Assembly: GCA_965112155.1 (NCBI GenBank)
Contig: OZ218102.1
Reading direction: 5' to 3' (one strand)
From: Podarcis liolepis
Taxonomy: Eukaryota
DNA length: 64,000 bases
The position numbers were made by a program, and so were the translations under genes. Shown piece by piece: positions 24,471-34,465 of the stretch (position 1 is its first letter; the number at the start of each line of letters is the position of its first letter). The notes under the pieces are model-generated. The model was not told the origin of the DNA, ran no database searches, and worked only from the letters and a program-made list of their open reading frames with translations.

Positions 24471-27400
24471 TTATTTGGGAGTACACCTCACTGAATTCAG
24501 TGAAATTCATTTCTGACTAATCACGATTGCAATCATGCAGCATAAGTAGAAAGCACAATTCCAAGCTGACTGACCACCTCCCAAAATGAGACAGGGTTTC
24601 TATATATAGGTATGTCTGCTGTTAAATCAATGGCAGCACATTCCAACCTCTAAAAAGGTCTCAAATCAAACTGGGAACCAATGCCCAAAGGATTCAACAG
24701 TAAAGGATACGTTCAAACCACACCTACTCTGTTACTCACATAGACCATAATTCTGCCCGTTTGCTCTTGCAGCACCATTTCAACATGAAGACAAATATGC
24801 AGAGCTTGCTGCAAAACATTTAATCATGTAGCCACACCACTGAGAAGTCTCTAAGCCCATGTGCTAGCTCACGATTTGCGGCAAGTGCACCCTGGTGCCA
24901 TCCCAGATGGCAACCACACTTGCATGCACACACAGCATAGGTATGAGTGGACGCACAAGCTAAGGGGTTTACAAATGTGTTCTTACTTCTTTTTGGATCA
25001 CTTACATAGATACTTTGCAGTAGCTGTGGCTACCCTCACATTTAAACCAGTCTTGAGTTCCACAGAAATAACAGGACTTGAACATGCCTAATGGCAAGGC
25101 AAGAGTATAGGCTTTAGTTCAGAGCTACAGATTCAGTGCATCAGAACTGAATCATAATCAGGTTTTACTGAGTCAGGCCAATGGCCCATCTAGTCCAGCA
25201 TCTTGTTCTCACAGTGGTCGACCAATGCCAATAGGAAACCTTCAGCAGGACCTGAGCACAACAGCACCTTCCCTTCCTGCGGTTTTCAACAACTGGAATC
25301 CTACATGATGCTCATACACAACACCTACTGATTTCCCACAACAGGGGTCACTAACCTGTTTGGGCCCTGTGGCACATTTGTAAACCACTGGAACTGTCAC
25401 GTACACCACATACACGCAGCAACTCTCGCCTCCCCAGTGATAACCACCTCCAAATCTCCCCCATGCCACAAATAGGCTTGGGGGAAAAGCCTTTTATTGG
25501 CTTCTTTCAGTGCAGGGAGGCGCAGGGGGCTGGGGCACCATGGGTGCCAGGGAAAGCCTCTAAGGGTGCACATGCACCTGTGGGCCCCACATTGCCAACT
25601 CGTCCCAGCAGATAACTAGACCAGAGGATTCTTGCAATATTAAAGTAGGAGGCACAATTCACAGAAAGGAAAGTTGTGTTCACAAGTTTGTGTTAAGTTG
25701 AACGTGTGTTGTTCCCACATGGTCACTACCATAGGCCAAAATCCTCAGCAAAGCTAGGGGCAGATAAACTTAATTGGTTTAATAGGCTACAATGCACCTA
25801 GCAAAAGAACCACACACAAAAAGCTCACAGTCAATCAATTTTAGAAAGGCAAAGATAGCTCTTGCGTAAAACACCAAAGTAGTCTTTTCCCAGACCTGAA
25901 CGAGCCGGTTATAAAAATGTGGAACTTCTCCCTTATTGTATTTTTTTTAAAGATAAGGATATCTTTCCTACTGATAGCTTTGATGAGACAGTGCATCTGG
26001 TAAGGCAGAATTGTTGCTGTACAAGTTCTGCTATAGAAGTGTGACAGGCAGACATGCCCACAAGCCAGACTGACCCGTTTTAGATAGGATCAAGAAAGCC
26101 TATTGTCACTGAACTCATGTTTCTGCACTTGGCATTATGGGGAAGGTGTGTTTTGCTTTAAGCTGCAGCATTTCCCCCATGCGCAATCAATTCAGATACA
26201 TGTTTGTGACACTTTCATGTGCCAGAGTCCACTCCAGAGGAAATTTGTTGTATGTTAAGGTGCCACAAGACTCATGGAAGCTGTTTTTTTAAATAGACTT
26301 GTGGCTATTTCTCTGGAACGTAACTCTGCCTGTGTCTCCTGGGTTCCTATGGCAGGGTACACGTTGCTTGTTCCTGTTATCAGCTTTGACACACTGTAAG
26401 CTCAGCCTGATAAAAGCTAATTGGTTAAAAGTGAGTATGGAGGATCTCATCTCAAAGTAAGAAGTTGGGATAAATGGCCTCAAGTACATTCCATTTTTTC
26501 TAGGATTTAATGAATAGCAGGGGGCTTGATTTATGCTCTGGAATGGTGCAAAAAAAATTGAAGGAGCATTACCCAATTCTAGTTACTAATTTTACTGTTT
26601 ATGCCTTCAGAGCCTAGTCATTAATTAATTGATTCCATTAAATGTGCCCCCAGTTATAGGCAAATAACAAACGATCCTTCTTTTAGAAATGTGGGTATGC
26701 CAGATGAGAAATGTTTGTTTTTCAAATGTGCAGCTAGCCCCCACCCTTTGGCACGTACTGAAGCTATGATGGAAATGCAGAAAAGATACCAGTCACCCTT
26801 ATTTATATTTTCAATAAACAGGGCTTGCAACAAGCCCTTGGATGGTTTCAGTTACAGCCGAGCCTCTTGCACTGATAAGAACAAGCCATATTCCAGCAAA
26901 TGGAAAAAGGCGGCTGGTATCTGATGCTGAAAAAATAAATAAATAAGCAGCAAGCGCCAGATAAGAGCCACAAAATGCATCATAGAAGTTATGCAGAGAG
27001 ACTTGAATCAAAAACAATTTGATGCAATCATGTAGGATTTCTTTGATTGAGGCACCTCCAGCAGGAATCTTATCTTCATAAAAGGGGAATCTTCCAAAGA
27101 GACTTAAATTCACCTTGAAAGACCATCTCTCTCCTTAAGACACTTCCAGAAACAACTTTACACTCTCCATTGTTTCAGCAATGTACCTTTATTAGCAATA
27201 TTGGGAAAATCCTTATCAGCAATGCTCCTTTATCGTGGAAAGGATAACCTTTGGGTCAACATTTTTGGGAATAAAAACCCAGCACCTTCATGAAGAGCAA
27301 CTTTGATATCATATGCAGGGAAAGATCAATGTGAAAATAATACGCACAAGCAGCAATGTATGAATAATTTGAGAGTGACATTTTGGAGTATATTTTTAGA

Positions 27401-27911
27401 TAGGACATGCTGATGGGGGGAGAAACACTTTGCTCTGTCTTGGTATTTTGATTTAGTAAATGCCGTTGTGTGTCAACTTCACCACCCACGAGAAACAGAA
27501 ACTTACCATTTCATCTATTAATTTTCTGTTTAGAGATTATTGTTGATATTTGGCACACATTGAAAGCTAAATTGTATTGAAAGGTATATCACCACTGTGA
27601 CTCCAGCCTCAATCCACCAAATGGTATTCATTCCCAACAGGGATTCCCCTGGCTACCTCTCTCTTAGTTTCATTGGCGTGTGAAGACTTTCCATTATTAA
27701 GAGTTCTTTTCTGTACACTATTGACAAGCTATTGCGGGGGGGGGGGGGAGGGACTGCTTGGAATTTTTTTAATCAACTTTTCTTTTTAGAACTGTGTTCT
27801 TGTTATTTTGAGTTGTTTTCACTGATTTCTGTTTACATGTCCTGTTCCAAGCTGGAAGCAGCGGGAGTGCCCTGATTGCCCACAGCAAGAGAGCAGGATA
27901 GGCTGAAAGTG

Positions 27912-27932
27912 GTCAGGACCATGGAGAGCGCA
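27912..27932 (+). promoter_or_regulatory. Candidate RE1/NRSE (REST binding site)
   Basis: GTCAGGACCATGGAGAGCGCA vs consensus TTCAGCACCACGGACAGCGCC; both half-sites present with a 2-bp spacer. Confidence 0.5.
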
Positions 27933-27960
27933 CTGCAGGAGCCAGTTACTAGGTCAAACT

Positions 27961-27962
<2 letters not shown>

Positions 27963-28008
<46 letters not shown>
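27963..28008. repeat. (GA)n microsatellite
   Basis: Direct reading. Confidence 0.97.
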
Positions 28009-28010
<2 letters not shown>

Positions 28011-28190
28011 CAGAATACACCTGGATTACTGCTGCAAAATTTGTCTGAAGCTATCTGCAAAGTCAAGGCTTCAGTCCTGAGATTACAAGTCATTAAATGG
28101 TCCACCAAGGCCCTCAGTTTTCAAGTGGTCCACATGGGAAAAGATTTGAGAACCACTATACTAGAGAGTGAACACAGTGGGATTCACTTA

Positions 28191-28850
28191 CTGTATTTTT
28201 TGCCCTATAGGATGCACTTTTTCCCCTCCAAAAATGAAGGGGAAATGTGTGTGCGTCCTATGGGGCGAATGCAGGTTTTCGCTGAAGCCTGGAGAGCGAG
28301 AGGGGTCGGTGCGCACCGACCCCTCTCGCTCTCCAGGCTTCAGGAAGCTATCCGCAAGTCTTGCAAGCCCGGCGGGATGTCCCGCGGGCTCGCAAGGCTT
28401 GTGGGCAGCAGCCTGCAGCCCAAAAGCTGGGGACAGCGGGGAGGCGCAGCGCCGCCACCCCGCTATTCCCCGACCTGATCCGGAGGCTGGCGGGGGGGAG
28501 AAGCAAGCTTACTTCTCCCCCCCCCCCCCGGCCAGCCCCTCAAGCTGGGGAGACAGCTGGGCAAGCTGTCCCTGAAGGCAGAAGAGGGAGACGGAGCGCT
28601 CCGTCTCCCTCTTCTAGCTTCGGATGGTTGCGCAAAGCCTCTGCAGGGCAGCGCAGTGCGCTGCCCCACAGAGGCTAGGGAGGCTGTCGCTGAAGGCAGA
28701 AGAGGGAGACGGAGCGCTCCATCTCCCTCTTCTAGCTTGGGGATGGCTGCGCAAACCTGGGGGGGAAATAAAAAATTTTCCCTTGATTTCCCCCCAAAAA
28801 AACTAGGTGCGTCCTATGGGCCGGTGCGTCCTATAGGGCGAAAAATACGG
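28191..28850. mobile_element. Non-autonomous Tc1/mariner (pogo/Tc2-like) element, 660 bp
   Basis: 27-bp TIRs (CTGTATTTTTTGCCCTATAGGATGCAC on the left; reverse complement of the right end is CCGTATTTTTCGCCCTATAGGACGCAC), TA TSD on both sides, GC-rich palindromic interior. Confidence 0.9.
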
Positions 28851-29651
28851 TACTTGGAAAGTTGCACAGGATTGTGCTGTATGTAATCTAGCAGCCAGAA
28901 AGTTTTCTCCAGTTCCACCACCTCAGAGGTAAACTACTTGAGTTTACCCTAACCTGAATGTGTCTGCTCCAGTGAGCATCTTGCTGCTCCTTGATGTGTT
29001 GTGGTAGAGGGAGGCTCTCCTACTCTACCAGTGTTTCTGGGGGTGAGCCCTCTGAATCTGAGGAGATGCTCAGTGCAACTATCACAGGCAGAGAGAATGG
29101 AGGAATCACTTGCCTTTAAAACTCTTCTTCCATGGGAGTCTCTCTAGGGTGGTTCCTAAAGCCAGTCAGCTTAATGCTCCATGTTATCAGATCCGTCTCT
29201 GACACTTTGGAGGGGGGGGTGTATGCCATTTTGACTACCTCAGTAGAAAACTGGCAGTAAACAGAATACATGAGTCTTTGGGAAATGACAATATTAATTT
29301 AAACTTGTCAGATACAGATTTCAGAAGCCAAAATGTTGAGCTCAAAACGCACTGCTGCTTCTTTGTTTTTAATGGAGAATTTGACTCTGAGTGTTTGAAT
29401 AACTGACCTGCAAATGTCCCACAGAGGATGCTGAGGTCAATTTTGAATCCACAATTGATCTCAGTTGGAGCTTGCCTGTATTTTTATTGTTATTTTTTTA
29501 AGGGCACAAGGTCCTGAGCTATGTGTACAGTTTCCCTTCTTACATATACTTCTTCTAACATTTGCCTTGTACATGTCTCCTCTTGTTTCTCTTTGTATTC
29601 AAAGCTAATTCATCTTTGTGCATTAATAGTCAACATATAGGCAATGAGTAC

Positions 29652-29653
<2 letters not shown>

Positions 29654-29699
<46 letters not shown>
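29654..29699. repeat. (GA)n microsatellite
   Basis: Direct reading. Confidence 0.97.
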
Positions 29700-29702
<3 letters not shown>

Positions 29703-30808
29703 ATCTTGAATCATTGCTGCAATCATGTGTATACGAAGGACTGGGATTCTGCTCAAACTTCCTGTAGTACTCAGTGAGAATGCACAAGTATTCATACAGG
29801 GAAAAGCTGTGCTTTTCAAATATGTTTTCACAACATTTTGCTGCACAAACATTCTACAGTTTCCACATATTCCCAAGTCACCTGTTTCTGAGCAACATAC
29901 AACAAGGAGCAAAGAAGCTAGACAGTTAATTCCATGAAATCCACCCTTCCACCCACCCTAAATCTTGGTCCATGAATGAAGTTTTACAGCTGTTGTTCAA
30001 TATTATTTTAATATTGTTGGAGGAAGCCATGGTTTGGTCCCTGCTCCTTGTGGTTCTCATTTAGCTCATTGCTTCCTTTGTCCACAGGGATGAATCAACC
30101 AGGTAGGTTCATTCATTATTAACTGAGCCAAAGAATTTCCTGAGATTTATTTATTTATTGACCATCTCAAAATTGGAAAATTCCAAATAAGATCCTGTGA
30201 CTCACCTTCCCCCCCCCCCAAAATATATATATATATATATATCAACACCTGCAATTAGGATTGAAAATTTTGGGGAGACAATTTTTACAAAGCCCAGGTA
30301 TTATTATATTTTTCACCCACCTTTTCCCCAGACACGAAATTCTCCATCCTCCCTTTACTTCACTCCCTTCCACACACCATGAGCTATCTCTGGCTTCTAC
30401 TTGTAATCATTCATAAGGTAGCCCTGAACAGCCAACCCTTTGGAAGATTTTAAGCAACCACATTATTCCGTCCATTGCACAGTACCATGACCTTCTGAAG
30501 CAAGTGATGGGAGAACTCTCCTTGGCTCAATTTGGAATCAGCTTGGTATTTACAAAATTACCCTGCAGACATTTTAGGGGAAAGCTCGTCTGTTTCCAAG
30601 AGTGCTCCTGGCTTGTGATGTTAGCATATGTGCACTTAACAGCACTGTGCATATGTGCCTTATCATATTTTGCCCTAGGAATAGTAAGGTTGCAGCACCA
30701 TCCATGACTAACAGCTGCGAGAAAATTCAAACCTCCTGTGCCCAAACACAATCAGAAACAAGAGATGGCTTTACTTCCCCCCACCTTTACAATAATAACC
30801 CACAACCT

Positions 30809-30966
30809 GGATAGCTCAGTTGGTTAGAGTGTGGTGCTGATAATGGCAAGGTTGCAAGTTCAATCCTCATATGGGACAGCTGCACATTCCTGCCTTGCAG
30901 GGGGTTGGACTAGATGATCCTCAGGGTCCCTTCCAATTCTACAATTCTATGATTCTGTGATTCTAT
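30809..30966 (+). mobile_element. tRNA-Ile-derived SINE with CR1 3' tail
   Basis: Head GGATAGCTCAGTTGGTTAGAGTGTGGTGCTGATAATGGCAAGGTTGCAAGTTCAATCC resembles tRNA-Ile; tail GGGGTTGGACTAGATGATCC...CCCTTCCAA..ATTCTATGATTCTGTGATTCT is the CR1 3' end. CACAACCT flanks both sides (30801-30808, 30971-30978). Confidence 0.85.
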
Positions 30967-30982
30967 TAATCACAACCTAAGA

Positions 30983-31060
30983 CCATTCATGCAGGCACTG
31001 ACCAGATCCAGATCTGCTTAGTTTCAGCAAGGTTGTGGCTTCATATGCCTTGAGACCATA
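30983..31060 (-). mobile_element. 5S rRNA-derived SINE fragment
   Basis: Minus strand GAAACTAAGCAGATCTGGATCTGGTCAGTGCCTGCATG resembles the 5S internal control region GAAGCTAAGCAGGGTCGGGCCTGGTTAGTACTTGGATG. Confidence 0.55.
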
Positions 31061-31169
31061 CAGTGGATGGAGCCCAACCACCACATAAAGTAAACAGATA
31101 TTAATTCCACAAAAATCTGAAACAGCTATCTTCTGAGCCAGTATAAGGCTCCAAAAGAACAATCTCCTA

Positions 31170-31724
31170 AGCAGCAAGGATACTTATTGCAAAATATTGG
31201 AAGACACAAGATTTACCCATTCTGGAAGAATGGCAGATGAAGGTGATGGACTACATGGAACTGGTGGAAATGACTGGCAGAATCCGAAACCAGGGAGAAG
31301 AGTCGGTGGAAGAAGATTGGAAGAAATTTAAAGATTATCTACAGAAATATTGCAAAATTAATGAATGTTAGAATGATGTTGGATTGAAGTTAAGTGGTTT
31401 TTAGCAGCAATATTATAAAGGAATATGTAAAAATGGATTGTTAACAGGTGATAACCTAAAGTTATAATATATTAAGATAAAAGATTAAGGTAAAATCAAA
31501 GAGGGAAAGGATTTGCTGAACTAACTAATTGAACTGGAATACAAAAAAGGAAGGTGTGAGGAGGTCAGGGAAACAAGTAAATGAAAGATAAGATATGGAA
31601 AGACTGATTTGTTTTTAACTGTTTTTGCTTTGTATTTTCACTTTTGTTTTGCTTTTTTGTTTTTTACTTTTTTCTCTTGTTTTTGTAATATGCTGAAACC
31701 TTAATAAATATCTTAAAAAAAACA
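31170..31724 (+). mobile_element. 5'-truncated L1-clade LINE (ORF2 C-terminus, 3' UTR, A-tail)
   Basis: 31171-31371 encodes AARILIAKYWKTQDLPILEEWQMKVMDYMELVEMT...EEDWKKFKDYLQKYCKINEC*, followed by a T-rich 3' UTR, AATAAA and an A-tract. 18-bp TSD CAAAAGAACAATCTCCTA at 31152-31169 and 31725-31742. Confidence 0.88.
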
Positions 31725-33877
31725 CAAAAGAACAATCTCCTAGCAAAGCAAGGGAGATATTTTCCCATTGCTTTGCTAGAGGGCTGTAGCTTAGAGGTGT
31801 CCCCAAGAAACTGTGGGCAGGGCAACAGGCCACCCCCACAGGGGCCCCTTGTACCTCAAGAGTTCTCCATGGGGTGTGGGTTTTGGGCACTGTGCCCAAT
31901 TTTCATGGGGACAGCTCTTCAAAGTAGTACCCTGTGCTTTGGTTTGAGGCTATTTTGGGGGCCAGACATCTATCATCTTGGAAGTTGAAATGAAGTTCAA
32001 AGGATAAGCCTGGAAATCTTCTACAGCTCAGATTCTAATCCAAGCTGGAAATTTTTTGGGAGGTGTGCACTAATGCTCACTTCTCTTTCAAGGCAAGCAT
32101 TACCAAGCCCCTAATAGCTTGTTCCTAGATCTGGCCCACGGAGCTTTGTTTAGCATCTCTACGCAAAATAATTAAGAGAATTGAGTCAACTACAGAACCC
32201 ACCCAAATGGTACTTGATCAGGCAATCTGGCAAGGAACGAGAATCTAAGAGCGTACGGAATTAACATTAAAGAACCAGGCACCTACAAAAAAGACCTACA
32301 GCGATAAGCAAGAGTTTCATAAAGGGAAAGGACTTTTGCACACACACCTACAACAAGACAGCTTAGTAAGTCTGAATGCTGACTCTGCGTATGCAGAATT
32401 TTGCTTTTACAATCTCAGCTTGAGAGAACTTTGAGAAATGATGCTGTATTCTTAATACAGCTGAGCATTGCAAGCTGGAGATATAAGTATACCAAACCAG
32501 GCTATTACAAATTTCAGCAACATCGCTAGTTGTAACAGAAGATATCAAAGATACTGCCGATTCAGTTTCTCAGAGAAAAAATACAAGGTGTTTACTTGGG
32601 ATGTGAACAAGGGTCTTGAAAATGATCCATAGAAGGACTAAACTCAGACAGACTTCTTTGTTGTCACTGCTAAGCTTTTCAATGTGTCAGGCAATGGCAA
32701 TTCAAAATATGCAGATACAGTATTTAAATATACTAACACATGCAAATAAACACCAATAAATTGATGTGTTACTCCTCTCAACATCTTGCAGAGATGTTAA
32801 CCACACACCTAAACTGGGTTCAGCAACTTTGATGCTGAACATCACAATTGGAGTTCCCACAAAAGCTTTTCATCCTTCCGTTTGTTACCCGTTTACCTGT
32901 CAGAGGAAAAGTGGTGGGTTGAAAAAGGGGCTGGCAAGTGTGCCAACCAGAGAAATCATATCTGTTTAGAATCCATGTTGACTCTGGCACGTGATTCAGC
33001 CTTTTCAGCATCTCAATGAGAGATCTCTTTGAACTGTGTGACTTGGTAAGTTTCACAATGCAGAAAATAAACAAGATGATTCATGCTAAAAAGTTAATGC
33101 TAAGTCTCTGCAGGCCACTCACTCAGTGGAAAATGTTTTAAATACTACTCAAAACCTGATGGTGAAAAAATGGCTGAATTAAGCAGGAAGTGATTCTTAA
33201 CCTATCCCATAGGTAGACCTATATCCAGATATGGAACAAGATGTGGGTCGCAGTGTGGTGATGTCATCAGGTTAACATTAGACCATTTCATCTTACAAGG
33301 AGAAGTTAGCTGAAGATCTCATGCACAAGTTGTGGGTGGCCCAAGATAAATTTAGTTTATTTTGGTATTTTTTGTGGTTTAATAGTTTAAATTCTATGAT
33401 GGGGGGGGGGCAGTTGACCAGCAAAAGGAGAAACAAAACACAATCCTAAGAGAACTTCCTGAGTTAAATAATACAGTCATGTCCATTGGAACTGGTAATT
33501 ATGGGCTGTGCAGTGAGACAGAATTTAATTAAATCTTCTAAGTTGAAAATAGAAATCTCTTTCTTAGTCATTAAGCTCAGTCTCTACACTCCTACTTACT
33601 AGCTGTTCCTATAATCATTGTAATCTTGGGTCTGTTCTCTGTGCTGGTTATGAAGTTTCTTTCCTTATCTTGAGTTATCACAGTTACCTTGAGCTGCTGG
33701 TCAATTTCTGTACAGTTTAGTGCCTTGTAACATTTCCCTATGAGAAACTATCCAAACTATTCATTCACATAATGGAACTGAAGAACCTGAAACACCCGTA
33801 AAATTCATTATATTTTATTGGTCCATTTTTCCTTTTATTTTTATAATGGCTGGAGACTAGGGCAACAAGGTGTGTGT

Positions 33878-34040
33878 TTATTTTATTTTATTATTGCATT
33901 TATATCCCATTTTTTATCATGTAACTCAAGATGATGTATATTTTCCCAGGCAGTTATCTACCCAGGCACTGACCAGACCTAGCCCTGCTTAACTTCACCA
34001 TGGTGGTGGCCTCACATTTCTTCACACGTCAGACCATACC
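33878..34040 (-). mobile_element. 5S rRNA-derived SINE with L2-like tail
   Basis: Minus strand GAAGTTAAGCAGGGCTAGGTCTGGTCAGTGCCTGGGTAGATAACTGCCTGGGAA aligns to the 5S 3' half; followed by ...AAAAAATGGGATATAAATGCAATAATAAAATAAAATAA (L2-type tail). Confidence 0.65.
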
Positions 34041-34216
34041 CTGAACCCAGAAAGCATGAAACCTATCAGAGGCACAAAGCACCTCTTCAACACTAGACAC
34101 CGAAGCCCACCAGACACTGCTTTCAAATGAAAAAGAAGATGATGAAATCCTGAGGACTAGAAATCTGCTGATATTCTAAAGAACTCAATGCAATGTTTCA
34201 TTCTAGACTACATATT

Positions 34217-34465
34217 TCATTCTTTGGCAATCACTCATAGCCGAGTAAGATTGTCTTCCATAAACACGGTTTTAACAATGAGTCTGTAAGTGACTGTGGA
34301 GGCCAATTCTGGATCCACACGTCCTTCCACAGTGGGGACATTGGTTTCCGGGTGGGAGTTGATCACAATGTGGATTTGCCAAGCATACCTTCCTCTTAGC
34401 ACGTTTCTCCCTTGTGTCCTGAGTTCGAGTGTCTTCAAAGCCCAAGCCAACTGGAGCGCTCACAG
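34217..34465 (-). mobile_element. RTE-clade LINE 3' fragment (same family as 19682-19931)
   Basis: Encodes GFEDTRTQDTREKRAKRKVCLANP...CPHCGRTCGSRIGLHSHLQTHC*. Confidence 0.82.

Noticed and set aside
27876-28886. ORFs of 77-200 aa across the GC-rich element
   Set aside because: They arise from the (GA)n repeat and palindromic MITE interior; no transposase (DDE/HTH) motifs.
30809-30880. Functional tRNA-Ile gene (also the tRNA-like heads at 50981 and 51345)
   Set aside because: Broken acceptor and T stems, fused to LINE-derived tails, flanked by a TSD, no Pol III terminator: these are SINEs.
33943-33996. 5S rRNA gene
   Set aside because: Partial, diverged, and joined to a LINE-like tail.
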